NCBI GenBank assembly: GCA_965277285.1
Contig: OZ255721.1
Span: 864,001 to 928,000 of the forward strand
DNA length: 64,000 nt
Source: Abditibacteriaceae bacterium
GTDB taxonomy: Bacteria; Armatimonadota; Abditibacteriia; Abditibacteriales; Abditibacteriaceae
Direction of reading: 5' to 3'
Every line of letters starts with the position of its first letter. The stretch's first letter is position 1. This document shows positions 20,711 to 31,020 of the stretch, one piece after another. The position numbers were made by a program, and so were the translations under genes. The notes beneath the pieces are model-generated. The model made no database searches and was not told where the DNA came from. It saw only the letters and a list, made by a program, of their open reading frames with translations.

Positions 20711-22789
20711 TCATGGCGCCTTTTCTTGACTCAACCAGCGCGAAGTTGGCGTGACTTTCAAGGTGTAAATTTTGCCATCGTGCTTAATTCCGCTGATCGT
20801 TAAACTCGTCCAACTTTTCGGGAGAACAATTTTTCGGAGCGCGACTTTCGTCCCGAAACCTTGCGCTTGCAAATCGCCGAAGCCGTACAAAACGCTTTGC
20901 AAAACTCCGCCTGCGCCGGTCGCAAAAAAGCAGCGATCCAAGCTTCGCTTTTCCGAAAACAATAAAAATGGCCCGCGCACAAACGGTCGATACGATTCGC
21001 GGAACAACGATTCAGCTTGCATTTTTCGTCCCAATCGCGCCGCGATAATCGTCTGCACCGAAGTCGTCATCGCCGGGCCGGAACGAATCGCGCGCACGCG
21101 ATGAAAATCAAAAGTCTTAGCCGCCACGTCGCGCGACATCGGCAAATTGGCGGGATAAATCGTCAGTTCGCCATCGGCTTGCTTGGTCGTTCCGCCTTTG
21201 TCATTTTGGTTTTTCAAATAAACGCCGCGCACGTTATCAAACGGCAAAGCCAGGTTTCGCGCGACTTCGCTCCAGCGCGGATTTGGGCGAATATCGAGTA
21301 CTCGACTGGCGGCGACGGCATTTTCCAGGCAGCTTTCCGCCATCGCGTTGGTGAACGTGTTGTTGTCCACCAAACCGCCGTTTTCATCTGGCCCCAGCAC
21401 GCGCAAAATGTCGTATTTTCCGGTTTGCGCATTGAGTTTCGCGCGACTCGCCCACAAATCGGCGACGTTTGAAATGACTGGCCAGCCGCGTTCTTTCAGC
21501 CACTTTTTGTCGTGCGTCCACCGCCAGTATTGCCAGTGCGCCCAGCCAACATCCGCCGTGATATGACGTTCATGGGCAAACTCCGGCGGCGCAACTTCGT
21601 TTCCACTCGAGGCACTTTCCCACGGGAAATCGGCGCCTGCCAGACCTTCATTGCGCGCGATTTGCTTCGCCTGATTCAAATGAGCAAAGCGATAATCGAG
21701 AATTGTTTTCGCCAGTGCGGGATGTTGCGCCAGCAGCGCCGGAAACATCCAAATTTCGGCGTCCCAGAAAATATGTCCCAAATAATGATCGCCAACGAGA
21801 GCTTCGGGCGGAATCGAATCCGCAGAGTTTTCGCGCACGCAACACAGCAAGTAAAACATCAGCGCGTGAACAATTTGTTGCGCTTCCGGGTCGCCACCAA
21901 TTTGAATATCCGAATGCCAACGTTTCGCCCACGCGCCTTCATGTTCTTCAAGCAGTTGTGCAAACGGCGGCGCAACATCGAGTACTCGATTGGTCGCATT
22001 GACATGAATCCAGACGCAACGCGTCCAACTGTTCGACGAATCGGCAGCTTCACGGATGTGCATTCGCAGCGTCGTTTTGCCATCGCTGCTGCGCAGATTC
22101 CAAATTTTTTCGTGCGGCGAAAGCGTTGTTTGATCGACTAAAATCCAATCTTGCGGAATGTCGAATGGCGGCAATTGCGACGGCAACGGCGCGCCTTCGA
22201 TGTGCAAAACCGCCAATTCGCGGCGTGGCAGCGAAACAAACGAAGTCACTTTCACCTGACCAGTTTGCGTACTTAAAACACCGCGCTTGAGGTCGAGCAA
22301 TTGCGAATAATTCCCAATTGACGGCAAATCGAGCGTGTTCCACTGCGGCAAAGCGGCCAAATGTTCGTTGTTGTAAACGCCCGCTGCAAAACATTTCGTC
22401 GTCGCATCGCTGCCGCCATTGGCGCCGAAACCTGCGCCTAAAAATCCGTTGCCCAAGAAAATGCCGCAATTGCCGCGCGGCGCGGCGCCTTCGATTGTCT
22501 TCAATATCCACGGATCAAGAGTTTCAAAAGTACCCGCCGCGCGCTGTTTTGCCTTTTGCTCGTAAGAGATTTGAGACGTCTGTTTATCGTTGCTACAGCC
22601 ATTGATCGAAATTGCCAGCAAGATCGCAGCGACGAATTTCTGTGCAATCGAACACCGTAGGGGCGATCCGCTGGATCGCCCGTTGGTCACGCGTCGCAAC
22701 AGGCGTGTGAGATGACAAAGTGGGCGATCCGCTGGATCGCCCCTACGATGCCTCGGCTGACGTTTTAACGTTTTTCGCGCAGCTTTCAT
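20711..22789 (-). CDS. Glycoside hydrolase family 65-like protein (probable lipoprotein)
   Basis: YLGHIFWDAEIWMFP, FPWES, HITADV, GPDE, KQADG; lipobox-like INGC. Confidence 0.85.
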   Translation of the reverse strand: MKAARKTLKRQPRHRRGDPADRPLCHLTRLLRRVTNGRSSGSPLRCSIAQKFVAAILLAISINGCSNDKQTSQISYEQKAKQRAAGTFETLDPWILKTIEGAAPRGNCGIFLGNGFLGAGFGANGGSDATTKCFAAGVYNNEHLAALPQWNTLDLPSIGNYSQLLDLKRGVLSTQTGQVKVTSFVSLPRRELAVLHIEGAPLPSQLPPFDIPQDWILVDQTTLSPHEKIWNLRSSDGKTTLRMHIREAADSSNSWTRCVWIHVNATNRVLDVAPPFAQLLEEHEGAWAKRWHSDIQIGGDPEAQQIVHALMFYLLCCVRENSADSIPPEALVGDHYLGHIFWDAEIWMFPALLAQHPALAKTILDYRFAHLNQAKQIARNEGLAGADFPWESASSGNEVAPPEFAHERHITADVGWAHWQYWRWTHDKKWLKERGWPVISNVADLWASRAKLNAQTGKYDILRVLGPDENGGLVDNNTFTNAMAESCLENAVAASRVLDIRPNPRWSEVARNLALPFDNVRGVYLKNQNDKGGTTKQADGELTIYPANLPMSRDVAAKTFDFHRVRAIRSGPAMTTSVQTIIAARLGRKMQAESLFRESYRPFVRGPFLLFSEKRSLDRCFFATGAGGVLQSVLYGFGDLQAQGFGTKVALRKIVLPKSWTSLTISGIKHDGKIYTLKVTPTSRWLSQEKAP
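22657..22746. repeat. REP doublet, family C (GTAGGGGCGATCCGCTGGATCGCCC)
   Basis: GTAG-led inverted pair; relatives at about 32685-32785 and 36712. Confidence 0.85.
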
Positions 22790-22854
22790 ATGCTAATAGC
22801 AAAGCCGCCGCTTGGTGAAAAGCGACGGCTTTGAATTCTGATTCGAGTACTCGA

Positions 22855-23253
22855 TTAAACGGTGCGAGGCGCCGAATTTTCGCTGGCGGGCGCGGCTTCG
22901 AGCAACGCGGCTTTCGAGACATCGACGATTTTCGCAAACGCGACTTCGTTCGAGATCGCCAGTTCGGAAAGCATCTTGCGGTCGATTTCGACACCGGCGC
23001 GCAGCAAGCCATTGATGAACTGCGAATACGACAAACCGTTAGCGCGCGCCGCGGCGTTGATGCGCGTGATCCACAGTTTGCGGAACTCGCGCTTTTTGTT
23101 GCGGCGGTCACGATACGCGTACATTCCGGCGTGCATGACCGCTTCGTTCGCGGTGCGAAACCAGCGATGCTTGGCGCCGTAGTAACCTTTGGCTAAATCC
23201 CGAATCTTCTTGTGCTTGGCCGAAGCCGTCACACCTCTTTTAACTCTTGCCAT
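22855..23253 (-). CDS. rplT: 50S ribosomal protein L20
   Basis: MARVKRGV...[23 protein letters not shown]. Confidence 0.99.
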   Translation of the reverse strand: MARVKRGVTASAKHKKIRDLAKGYYGAKHRWFRTANEAVMHAGMYAYRDRRNKKREFRKLWITRINAAARANGLSYSQFINGLLRAGVEIDRKMLSELAISNEVAFAKIVDVSKAALLEAAPASENSAPRTV

Positions 23254-23409
23254 TCTCTTCTTTTTCCTTGCTGAAACAGGTGGACTACGTGTCGCTTAAA
23301 CCTGTCAGGCGTCATTGAAAGGATGAATTATGAAGGATGAGTCGCGTACTCGAAAGTGAAACTGTATCATTCGAGTACGCCGTTTTCTTCATCCTTCATC
23401 CCTCATCCT

Positions 23410-23613
23410 TTACTTTGCGTTCGGCAGCATTCCCAAGGCTTCTTTGTAATCGGCTTTGGAAACGTTTTGCGCGCCGTTGTTGTTGCGGCTTTGCGTGCGG
23501 CTGCTGCGCTTGCTTTGCAAGTGCGTCAAACCGGCGCGACGGCGCTTGATCTTGCCGGTGCCGGTCAGCGTCATGCGCTTGGCGGCAGCTTTGCGTGTCT
23601 TCACTTTGCTCAT
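23410..23613 (-). CDS. rpmI: 50S ribosomal protein L35
   Basis: MSKVKTRKAAAKRM.LTGTGKIKR; between infC and rplT. Confidence 0.97.
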   Translation of the reverse strand: MSKVKTRKAAAKRMTLTGTGKIKRRRAGLTHLQSKRSSRTQSRNNNGAQNVSKADYKEALGMLPNAK

Positions 23614-23837
23614 CTCTCAACTTCTCCTTCGGCTCCGCGCCTGGGCTTTGAACCTTGAATTGAAACCTTGCGGTTCGACGGTTTACGCGGTTTCCGTTTG
23701 TTATATCGAGTACTCGATTACTGTCCCCGACATGGCTTGTCATGTCCGCCGGATGCAAATGTTCGCTGTGAATTAATTCGTGCGGCATTCGATACGGCGT
23801 CGCGGACATGGCAAGCCATGTCCCTACAAATGACGAT

Positions 23838-24740
23838 TTAGCTCGATTCTGCAACTTTCGCCGTTGTGCTGTCTTCGACGGCTTCGTCGGCAACTGGCTC
23901 GTTAGCGACAACGCCTTCGCCAGTTTCAACGGCTTCGTCAACGACGACACTTTCGTCAGCGACAACGCCTTGATTGGCACCGGCAGCAATCGCTTCGGCG
24001 ACAGCGGCATTGATAAGTTCGTGATCGCCATCGATTTCTGTGATGTCGCTCTGCGCAGCGTCGTCGCCGCCGACTTCATCAATGACTTTTTGCTGCAAGC
24101 GCGCGAACTCGGCGTCTTCGGCGGCTTCGGCTTCGGCAGCAGCGTCGCGGCCTTTGCCTTTACCCGCTTTGACTTCCTTGACCAAAGGCTTCACGCCCGG
24201 GCGCGGCGTCAAGTTCATCGTCATGTCGCGGCCTTGCTTGGCGATCAAGCCTTCGACCGTGCCGACTTCGGTCAACGAATCCGAAACCGCTTGCAATTGC
24301 GCGCGACCGATTTCAGGATGCGCGTTTTCGCGGCCCTTGAAGCGACAAATCACGCGCACTTTGTGACCGCTGCGCAGAAAACGTTCGCTGTGACGCACCA
24401 AAACCTGGCGGTCGTGCTCCGATGTTTGCGGATGCAGGCGCACCATTTTCATTTCGCTGGAGGCGCTTTTCTTTTGCGCATCTTTATCGCGCTTGCTTTT
24501 CTCGTATTTGAACTTGCCGTAGTCCATGATGCGGCAAACCGGCGGCTGCGCTTGCGGCGCCACAACGATCAAATCGAGGTCGCGGTCGCGCGCGAGATCA
24601 AGAGCATCGCGCGTTTGCATGACGCCCAACTGTCCATTGTTCTGGTCAATGACGCGAACCTGGGGGAAACGAATGCGCTCGTTGATAAGCGTTTGATCAC
24701 GACGCGGATCGCGGAACGGCTGACGCGGACGAAGTCCTAT
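23838..24740 (-). CDS. infC: Translation initiation factor IF-3, ATA start, acidic C-terminal tail
   Basis: INERIRFPQVRVID..G.LGVM, PPVCRIMDYGKFKYE; GAGGTG SD 7 nt before ATA and an in-frame TGA three codons upstream. Confidence 0.93.
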   Translation of the reverse strand: MGLRPRQPFRDPRRDQTLINERIRFPQVRVIDQNNGQLGVMQTRDALDLARDRDLDLIVVAPQAQPPVCRIMDYGKFKYEKSKRDKDAQKKSASSEMKMVRLHPQTSEHDRQVLVRHSERFLRSGHKVRVICRFKGRENAHPEIGRAQLQAVSDSLTEVGTVEGLIAKQGRDMTMNLTPRPGVKPLVKEVKAGKGKGRDAAAEAEAAEDAEFARLQQKVIDEVGGDDAAQSDITEIDGDHELINAAVAEAIAAGANQGVVADESVVVDEAVETGEGVVANEPVADEAVEDSTTAKVAESS

Positions 24741-24893
24741 ACCTAATCACCTCAAAAGTCTTTTTGCGAACCTGAAATCGCAAATCTCCGACAAACAATC
24801 CCATTATGCCAGATTCCGGCACCAAAGGGAAGCAAATCGAGTACTCGAAACGCAAATAACCAAACTTTCTCGATAATCAATAATACAGGTTTA

Positions 24894-25092
24894 GGTGCCC
24901 ACCCATGAATGAGTGGGCTGAATTTCAAAGCCCCATCAATGGGGCTGAACTGCTGCGTTTTAGGCTACAGGTCAGCTTACTGCTCCAAACTAATGACTGC
25001 GAGCTTTTAGTTGTATTGACAAAACGGCTTCTGCACTGAGGCCGCTTTGGCGGTCTTGCTCTTCTCAGCCCACTCATTCATGGGTGGGCACC
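24894..25092. repeat. MITE/REP-like element with about 28-bp terminal inverted repeats
   Basis: GGTGCCCACCCATGAATGAGTGGGCTGA..TCAGCCCACTCATTCATGGGTGGGCACC; internal hairpin AGCCCCATCAATGGGGCT. Confidence 0.8.
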
Positions 25093-25103
25093 GAAACTTC
25101 GCT

Positions 25104-26138
25104 TTACGCCACCTTTTCAAGCACTAAATCGCGCCCGACTTCGGACAAAATCTCGAACGAGCGCAAGCGCGCCGCATGATCGAAAATCTGCGCCGTAGCG
25201 ATAATTTCGTCGGCACCAGTTTCCTGCGCAATGAGTTGCAACTTGGCGCGAACTGTGTCTGGCGCGCCAATCGCCGAAATGCGCGTCATGCGCTCGAGGT
25301 GCGCCGCTGCGGGAGCCGACAATCGAGTACTCATATCATCGACCGGCGGCGGAAGCTGGCCTGGCGTGCCGCGCACCAAGTTCAAAAATTGCTGCTGCAA
25401 CGAAGTAAAAAGACGCTGCGCTTCCGCATCACTGTCCGCCGCAAAAACATTGGCGCCAACAATGACATATGGCTTTTGCAGCGCTTCCGAAGGCTTGAAA
25501 TGGCGGCGATAAAGGTCGAGCGCCGCGAACAAATAATCGGGCGCGAAATGCGACGCAAAAGCGAACGGCAAACCCAATTCAGCCGCCAATTGCGCGCTGA
25601 AATCGCTGGAACCGAGCAGGTAAATCGGAATGTCGAGGCCGTTTCCTGGCACAGCATTGACGCGCGCCGTGCCGCCAAAATACGATTGCAGTTCCAATAA
25701 ATCGCGCGGAAACGTATCGCCTTCGCTGCCCAGATTGCGACGCAAAGCGCGCGCTGTGATTTGATCGCTGCCGGGCGCGCGTCCGATTCCCAAGTCAATG
25801 CGATTGGGATAAAGCGATTCCAAGGTGCCAAATTGTTCGGCGATAACGAGTGGCGCGTGATTGGGCAGCATAATTCCGCCCGAACCGACGCGAATCGTCG
25901 AAGTTCCGCCCGCGACGTGGCCGATGACAACCGAAGTCGCGGCGCTGGCGATGCCTTTCATGTTGTGATGCTCGGCCAGCCAGTAACGATGAAAGCCCCA
26001 TTTTTCGGCGTGCTGCGCCAAATCGAGCGTGTTGCGCAACGCATCGGTCGCGCTGTCGCCCAATCGAATCGGCGATAAATCGAGCACGGAAAGCCGAACT
26101 TCGCGGCGTTGGTTTGAAAGTTCTGAAGCAGAAAACAT
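25104..26138 (-). CDS. LLM-class flavin-dependent oxidoreductase (luciferase-like)
   Basis: [38 protein letters not shown]. Confidence 0.95.
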   Translation of the reverse strand: MFSASELSNQRREVRLSVLDLSPIRLGDSATDALRNTLDLAQHAEKWGFHRYWLAEHHNMKGIASAATSVVIGHVAGGTSTIRVGSGGIMLPNHAPLVIAEQFGTLESLYPNRIDLGIGRAPGSDQITARALRRNLGSEGDTFPRDLLELQSYFGGTARVNAVPGNGLDIPIYLLGSSDFSAQLAAELGLPFAFASHFAPDYLFAALDLYRRHFKPSEALQKPYVIVGANVFAADSDAEAQRLFTSLQQQFLNLVRGTPGQLPPPVDDMSTRLSAPAAAHLERMTRISAIGAPDTVRAKLQLIAQETGADEIIATAQIFDHAARLRSFEILSEVGRDLVLEKVA

Positions 26139-26305
26139 ATTGGGACTTCCCTGGCTAAAAGCGCGAGTTCGTCGGTCAATTTGCGCGCAACAACTAAGAG
26201 CCAAAGGAAGGACTTCTCGACGCGCGGCGGGTTGCCCTCAAAGCAAACGCCACATCGAGTACTCGATGCAGCGTTTCTCCCATGCTTTTGCGCTCTGCTA
26301 ACGCA

Positions 26306-26713
26306 TCAAGAATCGAGTTCATTCAAATACTTTTTCTGTGCGTTCTCTAGGGCTTGAGAATCTATCAAACCTTCCAAAAAGGGAAATTCCTTGCGAGGAT
26401 ACAAACTCTCAAGGTTGTGGTCGTAGGGATATAAATATCCCAGTCCGTGCTCCGCTTCCCATTCTTTCAGGAACTCTTTGATGTATCCCCCGTTGCAGCC
26501 AAATATCTCGCCTTTCTTGGTTACAAGCAAGGGAACGTTGCCATCCAATTTGTAATCTTCGAGGCCTGTTTCGATGTAATCAAGCGAAGTCCAGCCGAAA
26601 ACCCATCCATAAAGTCGCGTTTCGACATACCATATAAAAACAGGAATTTGGCTGTCCGTTTCATAGATGTCCTTCTTTGCTAAATCCATTGCATCAAAAA
26701 CATCGAGTAACAT
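26306..26713 (-). CDS. Hypothetical protein resembling YrhB/Imm35-like immunity domain
   Basis: GWVFGWTS.DYIETG.....L.GNVPLLVTK.GE; AT-richer codon usage. Confidence 0.55.
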   Translation of the reverse strand: MLLDVFDAMDLAKKDIYETDSQIPVFIWYVETRLYGWVFGWTSLDYIETGLEDYKLDGNVPLLVTKKGEIFGCNGGYIKEFLKEWEAEHGLGYLYPYDHNLESLYPRKEFPFLEGLIDSQALENAQKKYLNELDS

Positions 26714-26725
26714 GACGTGAACTCC

Positions 26726-28654
26726 TCAAGAACCTTGCGGATTTTCAACCTCATCTTTCAACTTCTTCAGCAAATCTTCGCGCGTGAAGGCGCCCAAATC
26801 GTGGCGGCCTCTGCCGCGCAAAGAAACGCCGCCGCTTTCGACTTCCTTGTCGCCAATCACCAGCATATAAGGAATCTTCTGCGTTTCGGCGACCGCGATT
26901 TTCGCCCCGACTTTTTCGTTGCTTGCGTTCGTCTCGACGCGAAAACCCGCCGCTTCCAGTTCGCTCGCCAACTGTTTCGAGTACTCGATATGGCGATCCG
27001 CAATCGGCAAAACGCTGATTTGAACCGGCGCCAGCCAAAGCGGAAACGCGCCCGCGAAATGCTCGATCAAAACGCCACAGAAGCGTTCAAGAGAACCAAA
27101 CGGCGCGCGATGAATCATCACCGGACGATGCGTTTGCCCGTCGGAACCTGTATATTCCAGGCCGAAGCGTTCGGGCAAAACGTAATCGACCTGCACCGTT
27201 CCCAGTTGCCATTCGCGGCCAATCGCGTCGCGCACGATAAAGTCGAGTTTGGGGCCATAAATCGCGGCTTCGCCTTCTTCGACCGTGTGCTTCAAACCCA
27301 ACTCTTGAACCGCCTGCAACAAGGCGCTTTGCGATTCCTGCCATGCTTCCGTCGAACCGACATATTTGTCCGGCTTGTTCGGGTCGCGCAAACCGACGCG
27401 CGCGCTGTATTCCAATCCCAAACGATTCAAAACCAACAAAATCAATTCGACGTTCGCCTTGAACTCGACACCCAATTGTTCGGGCGCCAGGAACAAATGC
27501 GCGTCGTCCTGCGTGAAGCCGCGAACGCGCGTCAAACCGCCGACTTCGCCCGATTGTTCCCAGCGATAAACGGTGCCGAATTCGGCGTAGCGCAGCGGCA
27601 AATCGCGGTAGCTGCGCTTGTCGCTCTTGTAAATCATGATGTGGAACGGGCAATTGACGGGTTTCAAAACGAATTCGTCGCCGCCTTCGCCGTGCATCAC
27701 GGGAAACATCGAATCGGCATACGCGGTCATGTGACCCGACGTTTTGAACAAATCGGTGCGCGCGATGTGCGGCGTATAAACCGGCAAATAGCCGCGCTTG
27801 ACCAATTCGCCGCGAATGAAATCTTCGAGTACTCGACGCAGCGTGGCGCCTTTGGGCAACCACAACGGCAGCCCGACGCCGACTTCCTGCGAGATGATGA
27901 ACAAGCCCAATTCGCGCCCCAATTTGCGATGGTCGCGCGCTTTGGCCTGTTCCAGTCGCTCCATGTGCGCGTCCAGTTCTTTTTGAGACGGATAACTGGT
28001 GCCGTAAAGCCGCTGCAACTGCTGATTAGCCGCATCGCCACGCCAATACGCGCCCGCGACGCTGAGCAATTTCACGGCTTTGATTTGTCCTGTCGAGCGC
28101 AAATGCGGCCCGCGACAAAGATCAACCCAATCGCCCTGACGATAAAGCGTGACTTTTTCATCAGACGGAATATCTTTGAGGATTTCCAACTTGTAGGTTT
28201 CGCCCAAATCGGCGAACACTTTGTGCGCCTCGTCGCGTGACACTTCTTCGCGCACAATCGGCAGGTCGCGCTTGGCGATTTCGCGCATTTTGTCTTCGAT
28301 TTTCGCCAGATCGTCTTCACCAATCGGCGCCATATCGATGTCGTAATAAAAGCGATCTTCCAGCGGCGGGCCGACTGTCAGTTTCGCTTCGGGATACAGC
28401 TCTTTGACCGCCTGCGCCATCAAATGAGTACTCGAATGACGATAAACCTCGCGCCCTTCCGCATCGTTGAAAGTAAGAATGCGCAGGGTGCAATCGCCAG
28501 GCAGCGGACGATTGAGGTCGAACGGTTCATCGTTGACTAAGGCGCCAACTGCGGCTTGCGCCAAACGTGAACCGATATTTTGTGCGACATCATACGGCGA
28601 GGAACCGTCCGGCATTTCGCGGCTGGAGCCGTCGGGAAAAGAAACTTTGATCAT
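26726..28654 (-). CDS. thrS: Threonine-tRNA ligase
   Basis: TGS N-terminus, DLCRGPH, RDHRKLG, KPVNCPFH, RVRGFTQDDAH, HRAPFGSLERF. Confidence 0.99.
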   Translation of the reverse strand: MIKVSFPDGSSREMPDGSSPYDVAQNIGSRLAQAAVGALVNDEPFDLNRPLPGDCTLRILTFNDAEGREVYRHSSTHLMAQAVKELYPEAKLTVGPPLEDRFYYDIDMAPIGEDDLAKIEDKMREIAKRDLPIVREEVSRDEAHKVFADLGETYKLEILKDIPSDEKVTLYRQGDWVDLCRGPHLRSTGQIKAVKLLSVAGAYWRGDAANQQLQRLYGTSYPSQKELDAHMERLEQAKARDHRKLGRELGLFIISQEVGVGLPLWLPKGATLRRVLEDFIRGELVKRGYLPVYTPHIARTDLFKTSGHMTAYADSMFPVMHGEGGDEFVLKPVNCPFHIMIYKSDKRSYRDLPLRYAEFGTVYRWEQSGEVGGLTRVRGFTQDDAHLFLAPEQLGVEFKANVELILLVLNRLGLEYSARVGLRDPNKPDKYVGSTEAWQESQSALLQAVQELGLKHTVEEGEAAIYGPKLDFIVRDAIGREWQLGTVQVDYVLPERFGLEYTGSDGQTHRPVMIHRAPFGSLERFCGVLIEHFAGAFPLWLAPVQISVLPIADRHIEYSKQLASELEAAGFRVETNASNEKVGAKIAVAETQKIPYMLVIGDKEVESGGVSLRGRGRHDLGAFTREDLLKKLKDEVENPQGS

Positions 28655-28723
28655 GAGATTTTTGAAGGGAATTATCGTGTGGAAGCGTGGTAATTTAACT
28701 GCAAAATTGGATTTTCGTCCATG

Positions 28724-29443
28724 CCAGCGAGTGAACTCGCGGCTAGGCGTTGCTTCGCAACGAAGCGTCGGCCTGCGCCGACGCGAAGATAATCAAGGTT
28801 ATCGTCGGCGCAGGCCGACGACACGGCGCAAGCCGCTCAGCCGCGAATTCACTCGCTGGAATTATTCATCGGATTCAAGTTGGTCAATCGTGGAATTGTC
28901 GGCGTGATGCGCTTTTTGCTGGCGAATATATTGGGCGACTTTATGAATATCCCAACGGCTGACGGAAAAGGCCGCGTAAGAACCTCGCCACTTGAAAGCC
29001 GGGTTATCGGGAAATCGATGGTTCATGAAATGCGAAGAAACGCCTTTGAGTTGCTGCATCAGAGTGCTCACGGACTTCGTCGGTGGGAGCGTAAGCAAAA
29101 GATGAACATGATCGGTCATGCCGTTGACAGCCACAATCTGGCAGCCCTGCTTGATTGCCGCATTCGCCAGGCAATCGAACAAAGCGTTTTCGTATTCCGG
29201 TTCGATCAATGGCAGGCGATCCCACGTCGTCCAAATAAGATGGAGATAAACGACCACTTTATCTTTCTACATCCACCAAGTTTGAACCAAATTTCGCGTC
29301 GGCGCATACCTGCGAGTGAACTCGCGGCTTGGCCCGCTACGCGGGAAGCGTCAGCCTGCGCCGACGTCGGGTGATCAGTCTTTCTTCGTCGGCGCAGGCC
29401 GACGACGCGGCGAAAGCCGCCCAGCCGCGAGTTCACTCGCAGG
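28724..29443. mobile_element. IS200/REPtron-like element: Y1 transposase between two about 135-bp palindromic units
   Basis: Both flanks (28724-28859, 29309-29443) read GCGAGTGAACTCGCGGCT..CTGCGCCGACG..CGTCGGCGCAGGCCGACG..AGCCGCGAxTTCACTCGC; no tnpB. Confidence 0.8.
28862..29257 (-). CDS. tnpA: IS200/IS605-family HUH (Y1) transposase, possibly pseudogenised
   Basis: YLHLIW.T..R.PLI, DHVHLL (HUH), KGVSS, FKW.G.YAAFSVS, YIRQQK.HH; upstream ATG-TAG in frame. Confidence 0.88.
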   Translation of the reverse strand: MVVYLHLIWTTWDRLPLIEPEYENALFDCLANAAIKQGCQIVAVNGMTDHVHLLLTLPPTKSVSTLMQQLKGVSSHFMNHRFPDNPAFKWRGSYAAFSVSRWDIHKVAQYIRQQKAHHADNSTIDQLESDE

Positions 29444-29467
29444 GCTTCTCTGCTAAACTTTCGCGTT

Positions 29468-30370
29468 ATGACTACTCGATTTCCCGACACCGCAAACAAC
29501 CGCATTGACGCGCTTTTCACGCCCGGACACCCGACGGTTTCGTTCGAGTTTTTCCCGCCCAAAGACGCTGCCGGCGAAGCGCAATTGTTGAACGTTATCA
29601 GCGAATTGAAGCCGCTGCGACCACACTTCGTATCAATCACGCGAACCGGCGGCGGCACTTTGCCAACGATAGATTTGACCCAACGCATTCAAAACGAAAT
29701 CGGTATTTGCGCCATGTCGCATCTAACGTGTGCCGGACATACGCGCGAAGAAATCGGCGCCTTTTTGGACGAATTGTGGGGCAACGGCATTCGCAACGTC
29801 CTGGCTTTGCGCGGCGATCCGCCCGCCGGACAAACCATGTTTCAGGCCACAGCGGGCGGCTTTGAATACGCCAGCGATTTGACCGGATTCGTGCGCGCGC
29901 GCCACGACTTTTGTATCGGAGTCGCCGGTTATCCAGAAACGCATCCGCAAAGTTTGAACGCGACGCGCGATTTGCGCTATCTCAAACAGAAAATTGACGC
30001 GGGCGGCAACTTCGTCATCACGCAATTGTTTTTCAACAACGACGATTTTTATCGTTGGCGCGATGGAGCGCGCGGCCTGGGCATTGACGTTCCAATTGTC
30101 GCTGGGATTATGCCGATTTTAGGCGTTTCGCAAATCAAGCGTTTCGTTTCGATGTGCGGCGCCAAGATTCCCGAAGCGTTGTTGCAGCGTTTGGAAAGCG
30201 TCGAAACCGATCCTCTGGCGGTTCACGCGGCGGGTGTCGAGTACTCGATTCGCCAGTGCGAAGACCTGATGGCCAACGGTGTCGACGGCTTGCATTTTTA
30301 CACACTGAACCGCAGCAAAGCGACGGTTCTGATTTGCCAGGCGCTGGGCTTGAAAAACGGGACGGCTTAG
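29468..30370 (+). CDS. metF: Methylenetetrahydrofolate reductase
   Basis: SFEFFPPK, HLTC, LALRGDPP, VAGYPE.HP, ITQLFF, GLHFYTLNR. Confidence 0.97.
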   Translation: MTTRFPDTANNRIDALFTPGHPTVSFEFFPPKDAAGEAQLLNVISELKPLRPHFVSITRTGGGTLPTIDLTQRIQNEIGICAMSHLTCAGHTREEIGAFLDELWGNGIRNVLALRGDPPAGQTMFQATAGGFEYASDLTGFVRARHDFCIGVAGYPETHPQSLNATRDLRYLKQKIDAGGNFVITQLFFNNDDFYRWRDGARGLGIDVPIVAGIMPILGVSQIKRFVSMCGAKIPEALLQRLESVETDPLAVHAAGVEYSIRQCEDLMANGVDGLHFYTLNRSKATVLICQALGLKNGTA

Positions 30371-30380
30371 TTCTTCCAAG

Positions 30381-30899
30381 ATGAAGATGACGAAGAAAAT
30401 AACGCGGGAACGAATCTCGTCCGAGCAGTTTCACGCTCTTACTCGCCCACTAATTGGCCTGTCTGTTTCACGCACATGGCAAGGTTATGGAACCGCCATA
30501 TTTTTCGAGTTGGGCGACCTGGTAGAACGCAAGCATACGCGAAAAGATGGTTCAACTCGCATCACTCACTGGGGCCAGGCGACGGTTGATTTGGAAATTG
30601 GCTGGCGTGTAGAGCGACTTCGTTCCGTATATTTCGGAAGTTCGAGCGAAGATAAGAGAATTAGCAATTGCCTGAACAAATTACAAGGCCTCGAAGTTGT
30701 TAATGTAACGGTTCAAGGCCGTTTGCCCGAGATAGTTGTTCAGCTTTCAGGCGGCTTCTGGTTGCAATCCTTTTCAACATGGGAAGGACAGCCTGAATGG
30801 GCATTGTTCTTCAACGAAAACGCCGAAACGCGCAGTTGGATAGAGTCCAGGCGCGGCAACATTGTCCTTTGCACTCAAGAAGATGTACCACAATCGTAA
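30381..30899 (+). CDS. Hypothetical protein
   Basis: 172 aa; W.GYGTAIFFELG...WRVE. Confidence 0.7.
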   Translation: MKMTKKITRERISSEQFHALTRPLIGLSVSRTWQGYGTAIFFELGDLVERKHTRKDGSTRITHWGQATVDLEIGWRVERLRSVYFGSSSEDKRISNCLNKLQGLEVVNVTVQGRLPEIVVQLSGGFWLQSFSTWEGQPEWALFFNENAETRSWIESRRGNIVLCTQEDVPQS

Positions 30900-31020
30900 A
30901 GCACAAGCGGCGGCATCTTCGAGTACTCGATGCTCCTTTTTCTTCTTAATTCTCTGCGTCCTTCGCGTCCTCTGCGGTGATTATTTTGTTTTGCGCGCGT
31001 TTGTCCGCTAAAATGAAAGT

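Noticed and set aside
30900..31020. preQ1 riboswitch before queF; SAM or T-box leaders before metH, metF, thrS and pheS
   Set aside because: No consensus elements recognisable by eye and several of these leaders are occupied by REP-like repeats; an Rfam/Infernal scan would be decisive
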